Positions 1 to 11,984 are shown, counted from the first letter of the whole stretch. The stretch: DNA of 63,618 nt, filler included, from Octopus bimaculoides (GCF_001194135.2; 9 parts of 9 records of this genome joined end to end with filler, not necessarily neighbours in it); one strand, 5' to 3'. A program made the numbers and translations. The notes: generated by a model not told the origin, from the sequence alone.

Positions 1-33
<33 letters not shown>
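1..33. repeat. (CA)n microsatellite, truncated by window start
   Basis: Pure CA run. Confidence 0.98.
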
Positions 34-36
<3 letters not shown>

Positions 37-85
37 TGTTTGTGACTTCTTTGAGTGGTGAGCCGATATGTATATATATATATGA

Positions 86-290
86 AGGCGGCGAGCTGGC
101 AGAAACGTTAGCACGCCGGGCGAAATGCTTAGCGGTCTGTCTTTACGTTCTGAGTTCAAATTCCGCCGAGGTCGACTTTACCTTTCATCCTTCCGGGGTC
201 GATAATTCAAGTACTAGTTGCGTACTGGGTCGATCTAATCGATTGCCTTCTCCTCCAAAATGTCAGGCCTTGTGCCTAGAGTAGAAAAAA
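86..290 (+). mobile_element. tRNA-derived SINE family A, near full length
   Basis: Head GGCGGCGAGCTGGCAGAAACGTTAGC, box-B-like GAGTTCAAATTCC, core GGTCGACTTT.CCTTTCATCCTT.CGGGGTCGATAA, tail GGCCTTGTGCCTAGAGTAGAAA; at least 8 copies in the window. Confidence 0.9.
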
Positions 291-652
291 GATATGTATG
301 TATGTATGTTTGTGCGTGCATGCGTGTGTGTGCGTGATGGAAAAGATAGAGGAGGCGGGTGATAGAGTTCCGATCTGGAGTTTTATTGTTTCCTCAGCTG
401 ACACTCATGAGTCTGAGTTCAATATCACAGCTTAATAATCCATTAAGTTGTGCGACAGCCGGTAATAACTTTCCCTTCGAGTGTATCTAAAGGAAATCGG
501 TCAAACAGAGGAGATAAGGAAGCTACTGCTGTTTTTATTTATATGTTTATTTATATGTTTAGAGTTATGTCACCTTTTTGTTTGCTCTTTACTCGATAAG
601 TCCGTCTGTCAAATAGTGAAATACCTCGCTCAAACCACTTCTTTCTCTTCAG

Positions 653-698
653 TTGGTTACATCGGAAACCTCTTCACTGCCCGCAACATCTGCAAAAA
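653..698 (+). CDS. Candidate 46-nt exon of an unidentified host gene
   Basis: Acceptor cttctttctcttcag, donor AA|gtaagt; open in all three frames (LVTSETSSLPATSAK / WLHRKPLHCPQHLQK / GYIGNLFTARNICK). No homology recognised; could be UTR. Confidence 0.4.
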
Positions 699-1097
699 GT
701 AAGTTGCTGTTCCTGGTGGTGGTATTTTTTGTTCTGACATTTAAACTGGGTTTTCTCTTGTCAAATGTTAACTCTTTGTCTTTATAACTTTGCCCGTTCA
801 ATTGCAAAACCTGTAAACGAGTATTGGTTGCCATCTTCATGAATAAATAACACTTCCTTCGCCTAAGAAAGAGATCGATATATCGAGCCAGTGTGTGTGA
901 GTGTGTGCGCGCGCGCGTTGCACGTACAGTTAAAATGTTTTTATGACTAGCATGATAGGGTGGAAGCTTAATCTTTGTTAAAGTGAAAAAAAATTAAAGT
1001 AAACCTGGAAGAAAATACCTCATTAGTGGTTGTCTATGAAACATAACTTCCCATCAAACAACAAATCAATAATGATAACATTTATAATAATAATAAT

Positions 1098-1312
1098 CCT
1101 TTCTACTATAGGCACAAGGGCTGAAATTTGGGGGCTGGGGTTAAGTCGATTACATCAATACCAGTGCTCAACTGGTACTTATTTTATCGACTCCGAAAAG
1201 AAAGGATAGAAGGAAAAGTCGACCTCGGTGGAATTTGAATTGAGAACGTAAAGACGGTCGAAATGCCGCTAAGCATTTTGCCTTGTGTGCTCACAATTCA
1301 GCCAACTCGCTC
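1098..1312 (-). mobile_element. SINE family A
   Basis: Reverse complement of the 86-290 element, with (TAA)n tail at about 1084-1097. Confidence 0.88.
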
Positions 1313-2830
1313 ATACTCATGTATAAGTGAATGTTTGAGTATATTCAATAGAGTAGACAGCATAAGAGACTTAATTAGCTTTAGCATGAAGAAATGCAAA
1401 GTAGATCTCTTATCAAGTGACGCAGTCTAAGGGAAACTTAATATTCAAGAGAGGCATTTTCCAAGTGGACTCGTCATCCTCTTTAATATTTGTCATGTGT
1501 TTGATCCTCAGTTTAATATAAAGGAAGGCAAAGGCAGAGTATTGGTTCAGAAATAGTGAGGGAAAAAGTAACCATTCAAACCGACAGGGTATTTACTACA
1601 GAAATGAAATGAACATTGAGGAGTACATCAGAAGAGTGAGGAAGCCAATGAAATCAAAGCTAAATGGTCAGAATCTAGTGAAGGCTGTAAATACTTGGGC
1701 AGTATCATTACTTAGATACTCAGCAGCTTTTGTAGATTTGACAAAAACTGAACTAGCAAAGCTAGACAGGAATAGAAAGGAATTCAATATGAATGGAGGA
1801 GTTCACCCCAGGACAGGAGTAGCAAGATTATACTTAGCTAGAATGGAAGGCGGAAGAGGGTTAATATCAGTAGAAGACTGCGTGGAGTTAGCTAAAGTAT
1901 ATATAGACTCCTATGTAGGTAATAATAAAGTTTATTAAAAGCTGCTAGATTCACAGCAAAACATAGGGAAACCAAAAAGCCAGGTTATCGGGCAGGAGAA
2001 GGCTTTGCATGGTAGATTTCCAAAGATAGTTTCAGAAAATAGTAGTAGTGAGACATGGTTATGGTTGCAGAAAGGAAGGCTGAAAAGGGAGATAGAAAGT
2101 TTGTTAGTAGCAGCACAAGATCAAGCATGAAGGACAAATTGGACAAAAGCCAAGATAGACAAAAAACATGTAGATTTTCAATGTAAATTATGCATATCAA
2201 AAGAGGAAAGTGTTACTCACATAGTAAGTGAATGTAGCAAGCTGGCATAGAAAGAATACAAGAAAAGACATCACAATCTAGGGAGAGTAATCCACTGGGT
2301 GCTTTGTAGAAAGCTAGGATTTGAACATACTGATAAATGATATGAACATGAATCTAATAAAGTACTAGAAAGTAAGAAATATAAGATGTTGGAGACTTTA
2401 ACATTCAAACTGACAGAATAATAGAAGCTAGAAGGCCTGATTTAGTAGTAGTAGATAAAGAGAATAGAAAGTTCCAAATAATTGACTTTACAGTCCAAAA
2501 TAATGCAAACATTAATGTGAAAAGTATAGAAAAAATAGCAAAGTACCAGGACCTAGCTATTGAATGACAGAGACTATGGAAAGTGCGGGTAAAATGAATC
2601 CCAGTAGTTATAGTTGCATTAGGAACTATCCCTACAGATCTGAACAGATGGTAAGAGGAAATGGGCATAAAACAGTTTAGTACAGCTCCAGAAAACAGTT
2701 ATTAGGGACAGCTAGGATACTAAGGAGGGTTCTTGGCATCTAAGGTTATTTGTTGTAACGCGATGTTAGGATTTTTTCTTCGGCGAGAAATGGAAGAAAA
2801 TTTGAAGAAAGAAGAAAAAAAACAACATAA
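1312..2830 (+). mobile_element. Degenerate R4/Dong-clade RLE non-LTR retrotransposon, 3' half (RT domains, CCHC zinc knuckle, restriction-like endonuclease)
   Basis: Across frames: RGIFQVDSSSSLIFVMCL (RT GIFQGDSLSP motif), YIRRVRK..KSKLNGQNLVKAVNTWAVSLLRY, HPR..VARLYLAR.EGGRGLISVEDC, CKLC..KEESVTHIVSEC..LA, RRPDLVVVDKENRKFQIIDF, EKIAKYQDLA, LGTARILRRVLGI*. Many stops and frameshifts; the YMDD region is deleted. Confidence 0.9.
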
Positions 2831-2860
2831 TAATAATAATGATGATAATAATAATAATAA

Positions 2861-3075
2861 TCCTTTCTACTACAGGCACAAGGCCTGAAATCTGTTGGAG
2901 AGGATACTCGATTACATCGACCCAAATGTTTTACTGGTACTTAATTTATCGACCTCGAAAGGATGAAAGGCAAAGTCGACCTCGGCGAAATTTGAACTCA
3001 GAACGTAGAGACGGATGAAAATACTGCTAAGCATTTCGTTCATCTTGCTAACGATTCTGCCAGCTCGCCACCTTA
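2861..3075 (-). mobile_element. SINE family A
   Basis: Reverse-complement copy flanked by (TAA)n on both sides. Confidence 0.9.
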
Positions 3076-3096
3076 ATAATAATAATAATAATAATA

Positions 3097-3132
<36 letters not shown>

Positions 3133-3196
3133 GTAATAATGATAATAATGATGATGATGATGATGATGATAATGATGATGATGATGATGATGATAA
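3075..3196. repeat. (TAA)n grading into (GAT)n microsatellite
   Basis: Direct inspection. Confidence 0.95.
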
Positions 3197-5525
3197 TCTT
3201 CTAATATAATAATGAGCGTATTTNNNNNNNNNNNNNNNNNNNNNNNNNNNNNNNNNNNNNNNNNNNNNNNNNNNNNNNNNNNNNNNNNNNNNNNNNNNNN
3301 NNNNNNNNNNNNNNNNNNNNNNNNNNNNNNNNNNNNNNNNNNNNNNNNNNNNNNNNNNNNNNNNNNNNNNNNNNNNNNNNNNNNNNNNNNNNNNNNNNNN
3401 NNNNNNNNNNNNNNNNNNNNNNNNNNNNNNNNNNNNNNNNNNNNNNNNNNNNNNNNNNNNNNNNNNNNNNNNNNNNNNNNNNNNNNNNNNNNNNNNNNNN
3501 NNNNNNNNNNNNNNNNNNNNNNNNNNNNNNNNNNNNNNNNNNNNNNNNNNNNNNNNNNNNNNNNNNNNNNNNNNNNNNNNNNNNNNNNNNNNNNNNNNNN
3601 NNNNNNNNNNNNNNNNNNNNNNNNNNNNNNNNNNNNNNNNNNNNNNNNNNNNNNNNNNNNNNNNNNNNNNNNNNNNNNNNNNNNNNNNNNNNNNNNNNNN
3701 NNNNNNNNNNNNNNNNNNNNNNNNNNNNNNNNNNNNNNNNNNNNNNNNNNNNNNNNNNNNNNNNNNNNNNNNNNNNNNNNNNNNNNNNNNNNNNNNNNNN
3801 NNNNNNNNNNNNNNNNNNNNNNNNNNNNNNNNNNNNNNNNNNNNNNNNNNNNNNNNNNNNNNNNNNNNNNNNNNNNNNNNNNNNNNNNNNNNNNNNNNNN
3901 NNNNNNNNNNNNNNNNNNNNNNNNNNNNNNNNNNNNNNNNNNNNNNNNNNNNNNNNNNNNNNNNNNNNNNNNNNNNNNNNNNNNNNNNNNNNNNNNNNNN
4001 NNNNNNNNNNNNNNNNNNNNNNNNNNNNNNNNNNNNNNNNNNNNNNNNNNNNNNNNNNNNNNNNNNNNNNNNNNNNNNNNNNNNNNNNNNNNNNNNNNNN
4101 NNNNNNNNNNNNNNNNNNNNNNNNNNNNNNNNNNNNNNNNNNNNNNNNNNNNNNNNNNNNNNNNNNNNNNNNNNNNNNGATTTTTTTTTTGTTTTTTTCA
4201 CATTTTTGTACCCTTTTTATATATAAAATACAATTAACCGTCATTTTTGACGGCACGGGGTCAGCTAATAATAATAATAATAATAATAATAATATTAATA
4301 ATAATAATAATAATAACGAAAATAATCAATAACATATATAGCATACAAAATGTGAAAATTCAGTTATGGACGCTTCTCTCTTCTTTTTCTCTCCCTCTTT
4401 TCCCATCTCCCTCTTTCTCTCTCTCCTATTCTTTATTCCTCTTTTTCTCTTATCACGTGAAAGCGTTACCGACAGGCAAAGTAACACAATGACAAGCAGA
4501 ATTATTATAAGATTAACTTTTAAATGTTATGAGCAACAATTAATTCTACACATTTACTCCCGGTGCAGCGTCCTCTAGTCTTATCTCGGAGACGATCTAC
4601 ACATTACTTTATTTCCAGTTCAAATCAAGTCGTAAATCATTTCATTTGGGTGTACCATATATTAAGATACACAACTTGGAATTATCACATTAAAATTTAC
4701 AAGCCGGTGTTAGATATTAAACTATATAATATGAAAGTATACAAATTAAGTAGCTGACTGAGATATATGAAATGTTGGTGTCAGAGAATGAGTCATGTGG
4801 TGCAAGCGTAGGTAAGTTTAATAGAAGACGTAGAGGTATGAGGTAGAGGTATCACGGATTAAAACACATCAGGTTAGTGTATCCCCGATTTGAATTTAAT
4901 ACTCGCAGATGTTAAACTTTTATTTCGCTTGGAGGTGCCCTACATTAAATAATGTAACTTGAGGGCAACACAGAATTAAACCGAATCATTTAATTTAGGA
5001 GTTTTATTGAAAGAAGGGTTTATATATTACAAACCCAGTCAAACAACCACACACACACACAATTCTAAATTCATGCACAACCCCTCGCCTATACCCAACA
5101 TTCTGTATCTTTTTTCCCATGCATTTGATATTTTCTCTTCCTCGTTGGATCCTAAGTGTAGGGTATATTATGCTAATGAGTTAACAGCCCCTAATCCTCT
5201 CATTATTTCAAAGGCGAGAAAGAAACGAAGAATGAAAGGTAGAGAGGAAAGAAAGAATTCATGAAAGAAAGACTATAGAGGACCAGAACACGTGCTCTGT
5301 TCATCATCTGTATGGAGGTGGGGGGAAAGATGAAGGGTAGTGGCGATTGAGTAGATAGCAAGTTCGGCATGGAAGCTGGGTGCCCCGCGGACCTGTTTGC
5401 TTGTGACAATGTGGAGTTTGTGGTTACTAAATATTTTCGTGCATATAGAGTGTGTGCGTATATGTATGTTTCTGAATAAATGATTTTGCGTACAGCATTT
5501 ATTTCATTGCCTCATATGTGTGAGC

Positions 5526-5526
<1 letters not shown>

Positions 5527-5580
<54 letters not shown>
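5527..5580. repeat. (TG)n microsatellite
   Basis: Direct inspection. Confidence 0.97.
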
Positions 5581-5582
<2 letters not shown>

Positions 5583-5699
5583 CATACAAATATGAGTGCA
5601 TTTCAGTTTGTATATATATAACTAATAGAAATTCAAACATACTTACACGCACGCGTGCACACACACACACACACACAAACACAAACATAAATACATTCT

Positions 5700-5896
5700 T
5701 CTTATTCTTTTACTTGTTTCAGTCATTTGACTGCGGTCATGCTGGAGCGCCACCTTTAGTCGGACAAATAGACCCCATGACTTAACCTTTGTAAGCTTAG
5801 TACTTATTCTATCGATCTCTTTTGCCGAACCGCTCAGTTACAGGGACATAAACACACCAGAATCGGTTGTCAAGCGATGTTGGGGGTCAAACACAG

Positions 5897-5959
<63 letters not shown>

Positions 5960-6112
5960 CGACGGTCTTCTTTCAGTTTCCGGCTCACAAGGCTTTGGTC
6001 GGCCCGAGACTATAGTAGAAGACACTTTCCCAAGGTGCTACGTAGTCGGACTGAACCCGGAACCATGTGGTTGGTAAGCAAGAATACTTACCACACAGCC
6101 ACTCCTGCGCCT
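5700..6112 (-). mobile_element. tRNA-derived SINE family B (CORE-like central domain, internal microsatellite), near full length
   Basis: RC reads GGCGCAGGAGTGGCTGTGTGGTAAG...CCACATGGTTCCGGGTTCAGTCC...CCTTGGGAAAGTGTCTTCTACTATAG...(TA/TG)n...GACAACCG..CTGGTGTGTTT...CCAGCATGACCGCAGTCAAATGACTGAAAC; matches 10108-10482. Confidence 0.92.
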
Positions 6113-7333
6113 GTGTGTTTTTGTTCTTGAGAGAGTAAAAACTATCTCAGAACAATTACAATACGTAAAATAAATAACATGAATCCCAACATCAAAATTA
6201 TTTAAACAAATCGCCATGTGTTTTTTTAATTCATTTTTAGTAATACAGGATGATCTTATTAAGGATTATCAGAATCCATCTTTGTATTCTTCTTTGTTTT
6301 GCTTTGTCTTTTGTTTTTTTTTTTATGATAATAATGATGATGGCAATGATGATGAGAAGGAAGAAAAGGAGGAAGATTGTAGAAAGCCCTGGAGGCCAGT
6401 TGTATGATCAAACGGTTGGATGAAAATAAAAACGAAACAAAAACTGATACTAAAAATATTTTTTAATATTTAACATAAGGGGAACGAAACAATAGGGAAT
6501 CACATGGTACAATACATTGCATTCCCAGTCATTCTTTCAACCTTATTACTCTCTCAGTGATTATATTTTCTAAACTACTTCAGACTCATTTGGCGCCAAT
6601 TTGTAACGTTTTATATACATTTTCCTTGTAGCAAATCAAACGAAAACATTACTCCAGTTGGTGTGATCATATGGTAAAACTTTGAAGCTAAGCCTGTTAG
6701 AAGGAGTAGGGATTGACTTAGTGTTTCACCCCCTTTCTCCCTTCCGTGACAAATAGATTTTAATGATCACATGAGGAAAGTGGGCGGCAATGGAATTAAC
6801 AACAGCACCAGAAGCAGTACCAGCTCGAGATAAAACTCAATTGATATACTCACGCTTACGAGAGGAGAGACAAAGAGTGAGAGAGAGAGAGAGAGGGGGG
6901 GGACAGGAAAATAGAAAGCAAAAGAGAAACAAAGAGGGGTGAATAGCGAGAGAAAGCATAGGATATTTTGGAAGAGTCTTGCCATTCCAACTACCTCCCT
7001 CCTCTCTACACCAAATTGGACTTGCTATGAAAATGTCACACGGCATACCTCAATTTTCTTTTTAGTCAATTGAAATTTTAGGTGTCCTCGTCTTAGCATC
7101 TTTTGAGATAAATTTTAACTCAAATTACACAGTTCCTAATTTGGATTATAATTTTAACTGATTAAAGATATTTACGTCTCCCCACTTCATGCGTGGTGAC
7201 TTATTCCCAACTGTATCGCATGAGTGTCGAGGTCGAATTTGTGTGAAAAAGTTTTGACACCAAATAATAAATGTGTAAGTGAAGTTAACAATGTTTGCGT
7301 GCAGCGAAAGACTTATATGTGTCTTCTTCCCAG

Positions 7334-7418
7334 TAATAATTTCAATTTCAACATATGACCTCAGATCAAATTACTTGCAAAACAAGTCCATCTCCGAAAT
7401 CTTATCTGTTTTCTTCAT
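7334..7418 (+). CDS. Candidate 85-nt exon
   Basis: Acceptor gtcttcttcccag, donor AT|gtaagc; one open frame xIISISTYDLRSNYLQNKSISEILSVFFx, phase-compatible with the LVTSET frame of 653-698. Confidence 0.3.
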
Positions 7419-7693
7419 GTAAGCACCAATGGGAAATCGTCCAATATTATTATTTTTTGTTTTTTGTTATCAATGAAAAATTTTCACACACACAAACGCA
7501 CAGAAGTTGTAATGTCTTGACAGGTGTGAGCGGAATGGGCTTCGTTGGCAAGGTCTAACAAGACTAAAATATCTCTGCCAAACATCATACAAGACCACAC
7601 CCTAAATTTTGTCATTTACTTTTGGTCGATTGAAAATTCAAAGTTTCTCACCATAGTCTTCTTTCAGCTGAATTTTCATTTTCGTTATTACAC

Positions 7694-7843
7694 TGAGTTC
7701 AAATTACACCGATGTCGACTTTGCCTTTCATTCTTTAGGTTTCGATAAAATAAGTACCAGTGGAGCACTGAGGTCGATGTAATTGACTTACACCAACTTC
7801 CGAAATTGCTGGCCTTGTGCCAAAATTTGAAACCATTATTATA
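7694..7843 (+). mobile_element. SINE family A, 5'-truncated
   Basis: GAGTTCAAATT...GTCGACTTTGCCTTTCATTC...GATAAAATAAGTACCAG...GGCCTTGTGCC. Confidence 0.85.
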
Positions 7844-8359
7844 CGATAATTTCATTTGATTAAAAATGTTTCCAGCTTCTCTTTAAGTATGTCAGCAATC
7901 ATAATATATAACTATCATACGTACACACGTATATACAAGTGCACATAAATTCACACACACTCAAAATGAGTTAGTGGCTAATGTCAGGAATTTGAACAAC
8001 AAAGACAAAGAAAGGTGCACTAAATATTATAGAAGATAAGTTTCTGATTTATTGGAATTAGCTTTGCTTCAAGGAACGTAAAGAAACACACAACCGCAAT
8101 TATATCCGATCCTAAATGAGAAAGTAGGCTTGTGCGAAAAAATCAACAATCCTCTGGAATTAACATACCTTTAAGGAAAAAAAAAAAGCAGTCTTTTTTT
8201 TTTTTTGCTGGCGATAAGAGGGCTGTTTAAAATCATGTATTCCCGCCGCGGACAAGTGTCATCAGCACAGCAATTTTCAAACATTGGTCCCAAGACACGT
8301 GTGTGTGTGTGTGTGNNNNNNNNNNNNNNNNNNNNNNNNNNNNNNNNNNNNNNNNNNNN

Positions 8360-8371
8360 TTAATTAATTAA
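8360..8371. other. Artificial scaffold linker TTAATTAATTAA between 44-N runs (also 13190-13201, 32201-32212, 39804-39815, 51708-51719, 56751-56762, 58826-58837, 61518-61529)
   Basis: Identical 12-mer centred in a 100-nt gap eight times; stop codons in all six frames. Confidence 0.95.
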
Positions 8372-8585
8372 NNNNNNNNNNNNNNNNNNNNNNNNNNNNN
8401 NNNNNNNNNNNNNNNGGAATCGATTATTATATCCATAGGCGGAGAGTTTTAGTATGAAGTGATAGTGAGTGTGATGCGCTGAAAAAAGAAAGAAAGAGAG
8501 AACAGTACTTGGAGTGTAGTTTCATTCCAGTAGTAAGTATCCGTGTAAAGTATTCCTTGTGGGAATAATCCGGAAATAGTTGTTG

Positions 8586-8621
<36 letters not shown>

Positions 8622-9479
8622 GCGAGGTGCATTTTGAGCAGAAAAATTTCCTGACAGAACTCTTGAAAAACCACGATTGGCACTTCAGGCACACACATTT
8701 CCCTGTTTCGTAATAGCATCCTTCTCTTGAACAACGCATATTTTCCAACAGGTTTCTGCTTCTTCCTTGCAACATCATGGATGTGAACTATTTCGGCAAG
8801 TGAAATTTTTGAGTCAATGGCGAATATCGTTAAATGCTGAGCCGGAGAAACAGTTAACAATCACGATCATCTAGTATAATTAGAGAACTACTGCTGTCAT
8901 CTGTAATCGTGGCGTGCGGCAGATGAGATATTTCAGCTAGTAAAAGACCAACGTAACTGAAACCCAAGTCTACATTCATATCTCATCGCTCGATCGGGAA
9001 ATCTGGTGTGGAAGAGCTACATTGTTAAACGGTTTTCTTTTGTTTTTTTCTGACATGAACTGACCTTTCCTCATCACTTACGATTTGTATCTTATGTTTT
9101 CATGCACAACATTTCTGATTGTTTTTTTCTGACACTTGAAATATTTTGCATTTGATCCCATTGATTTTCCTGGACCAAAGCAAAGTAACTCATAATTTAT
9201 ACCAAATGGAATATATATGCTCCTTTTGGAAAATGCCCCAGTTAATTTTTAAATGAAATAAATGAGATAAGTAAAAAAAAAGGGAAAAGAAGAGTAGACT
9301 TACCAATCTGATAACGAGACAAAAGCGACAGAAAAAATATGGATTTACAGCTTCGTAGCTTTTTAAGCTGTAAATCATCATGGCTGATGATTAACGTCCG
9401 GCTTGAAAGCTAGATTTCATGAAACGTAAAGTAACGGAAGGTTTGACAGGGACGGTCGCTCGATTGCTTGATCGATCCA

Positions 9480-9855
9480 TCCACCCACAATATTTTGTGA
9501 CAATTTTCTGAGTTGGTTTCCTTCTATCAATAGCTGTTTTATACAGAGCATAGTAAGATTTTTCCTGTAAGATGCTTTCAGTTGTTCTTGGGTAATTCAT
9601 AATTCGCTTCAGTTCAGAAAAAACTCCAAGCACAGCTAGTACTACCAACGATAATTGCGAGAAAAATCTGCTGCAGTATTACAATTATTAGAATGTGTTT
9701 CGACGGTTAAAATTTTAAAGGGGTCTTTATCCAATCTCTCTGTTTCGTTTGTGTTGCAGCGACAGCAACAAGACGCTTACGTTTTCTTCTCTCTCAACGA
9801 GGAACACTTCTTTATAAATGTTACCGTGATTGTGATACAATTGACATTCATATTT
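9480..9855 (-). pseudogene. hAT transposase fossil, C-terminal dimerization-domain part
   Basis: RC translates QIFLAIIVGSTSCAWSF(fs)SELKRIMNYPRTT..ILQEK, matching the hAT C-terminal consensus IFLTIPVS.ASCERSFSKLK.IKNYLRST..QE. Confidence 0.75.
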
Positions 9856-9864
9856 ATATACTAT

Positions 9865-10085
9865 TGATTTTAAATTTTGGCATAAGGCTAACAATTTCGC
9901 GGAAGGGGATAAGCCTATTGCAAAAATCCCAGTAGTTATTTTATAGGCACTTTATTTTATCATATCCGAAAGGATGAAAGACAAAGTTAACATCGGCGAA
10001 ATTTGAACTCAGAACATGAAAACGAATGAAATATCGCTGAGCATTTCACCCGGTGTGCTAACGATTCTGTCACCTCTTCGCCGTC
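9865..10085 (-). mobile_element. SINE family A, degenerate, nested in the hAT fossil
   Basis: GGCATAAGGC...CCGAAAGGATGAAAGACAAAG...CGGCGAAATTTGAACTCAGAAC. Confidence 0.85.
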
Positions 10086-10107
10086 TTTATAATATACTAT
10101 TAACAAG

Positions 10108-10482
10108 GAGTGGCTTACCAACCACATGGTTCCGGATTCAGTCCCACTGCGTGGCACCTTGGGCAAGTGTCTTCTACTATGGCCTCGGGCCGACCAAAGC
10201 CTTATGAGTGGATTTGGTAGACAGAAACTGAAAGAAGCTCGTCGTATATATGTATATGTGTGTTTGTTTGTGTGTCTGTGTTTGTCCCTCCCAATATTGC
10301 TTGACAACCGATGCTGGTGTGTTTACGTCCCCGTAACTTAGCGGTTCGGCACAAGACACCGATAGAATAAGTACTAGGCTTACAAAGAATATGTCCTGGG
10401 GTCGATTTGCTCGACTAAAGGCGGTGCTCCAGCATGGCCGCAGTCAAATGACTGAAACAAGTAAAAGAGTAAGAGTAAGAGT
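10108..10482 (+). mobile_element. SINE family B, near full length, nested in the hAT fossil
   Basis: CCAACCACATGGTTCCGGATTCAGTCCCACTGCGTGGCACCTTGGGCAAGTGTC...AAGGCGGTGCTCCAGCATGGCCGCAGTCAAATGACTGAAACAAG plus (GTAAGA)n tail. Confidence 0.95.
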
Positions 10483-10483
10483 A

Positions 10484-11200
10484 AGTTGTTGAAATCTCCA
10501 AATAATTTCTTGGATCATTCTGCTTAGTGAAGAAATCATCCCTCTTGTTATCCCTGTTTCATATAACAATTCAACATCTCCGAATACTTCGCAAACCGAC
10601 GCTTCATTAATATCTTAGTTTGTCCCAGATTCTTTCGGCATAGGTTACTGCATTGCTCACTGGCTCGCGCATGTTTTCGATTTTAAATGCTCTTTTATAT
10701 CATCACACTGTTGCAAATTCCATCCCTTAGTTTGGAGTTGAAACTGCATATCATAAATTTCAAGAAGAACGGCGTCTCGTAAGCCAAACACAAAAAGATC
10801 AACGATTATTATGTACTAAGCCGCATAACATCTGACTTTGTAGCTATATTTTTTTTTTCTTCACAAGATAACTGCTCTAAAGTACTTCATATTTTCGAGA
10901 AACATTTTTATACAATATCTACAGCTTCTCCCCTTCCATTCCACCAAGTTTCTATTTCGTATTTGATATCTTGGCTACTGACTGAAATCAGAAGATCTCA
11001 ACGATAGATTGATAAAGAAAAAATATAAATAAACGATCCACAGTTCCCAGAAAGTAACAGAATTCACAGCAACAAATGCTACATTTAGAACCATCAAGTT
11101 TAGCACATGATTTGCACAAGCTGCAGATGCTTATTTTCGATCAATTTCTTTGATACATTTCTGGACAAAAGTATGTTGGCCAGTCATCACTGCAGCATGG
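10484..11200 (-). pseudogene. hAT transposase fossil, catalytic core
   Basis: RC gives AAVMTGQHTFVQKCIKEID, CANHVLNL (CxxHxLNL motif), an ETWWNGRGEAV-like segment (ETRW motif); heavily frameshifted. Confidence 0.8.
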
Positions 11201-11579
11201 AAAAAAATTAACTTTTTCCTTGCTGTAGACAAACAAGTGGCGCCTCTCCAAAATTCCACCCAGTTGGACATTCCGTTGCCCTTCTTTAGTTATTAGTTAC
11301 ACTAATCCTTCTTAAAGTGACGTTTTGTAAGTGTACGCATGTGTCATAACACAGTATTCGTATGCCAAAATTCACACACACAATAAGACAGTGAAACACA
11401 TGCAAACTCGACTAAAGAGTAACACTCGGTTGGTAAAGAAACATCAACACACACACGTACGTGCACACAGAAAATGTCATGTAAACATAAGTAATCGATG
11501 AGCATCTGTAGAAGAGAAGATTAGGGACTAATTTATAGTGTGAAGTTATTTAAAGTAGAGATTATTGTGTATGCATGCA

Positions 11580-11770
11580 TATATGATGAGGCAGATACGA
11601 CGAATTATGAACATTACTCTGTTTCACATGATCAGGAATGGAGAGATGTTACGGCGTGCTGGCCTGCTGCTTACGATGGAAAACCTCATCGATAGAATTT
11701 TATGTTGGGTGGAACACATATATAAGATGTGCAGGAGCAGACACCCCTTTACTCCCAACTATGCTAGAGG
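11580..11770 (+). pseudogene. RTE-type LINE fragment, post-RT C-terminal region
   Basis: QIRRIMNITLFHMIRNGEMLRRAGL..MENLIDRILCWVEHIYKM resembles the RTE consensus LRRIL.I.W.D.I.NEE.LRRAG...I...LRW.GH..RM. Confidence 0.65.
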
Positions 11771-11895
11771 AAGTGGAGGCGCGTAGCTTAGTGGTTAGGG
11801 TGTCAGCACCATGATTGTAAGATTGTGGTTTCGATTCCTGGACCCAACGATGCGTTGTGTTCTTGAGCAAAACACTTCATTCCTTATTGCTGACT
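11770..11895 (+). mobile_element. tRNA-derived SINE family C head (also about 46120-46265 and 58450-58700)
   Basis: GTGGAGGCGCGTAGCTTAGTGGTTAGGGTG...GGTTTCGATTCC...TTGTGTTCTTGAGCAAAACACTTCAT; box A/B plus CORE-like segment. Confidence 0.8.
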
Positions 11896-11984
11896 ATCTC
11901 GGAGTTTACTGACTGAAATAGAAGTTTGTAAACATAAACAAAATGATAATCAATCCATTTCCTACTTCGAAAAATATTTTGAAA

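Noticed and set aside
5170-5190. ATGCTAATGAG octamer/TAATGARAT-like site
   Set aside because: A single short motif in AT-rich DNA, expected by chance; no context.
9303-9381. Minus-strand ATG ORF (MMIYSLKSYE...) with a TTG|gtaagt donor
   Set aside because: It lies in the 3' flank of the hAT fossil, no convincing in-frame downstream exon was found, and the peptide is uninformative.
9384-9410. CTGATGA...GAAA resembling a hammerhead
   Set aside because: Stems I, II and III do not pair.
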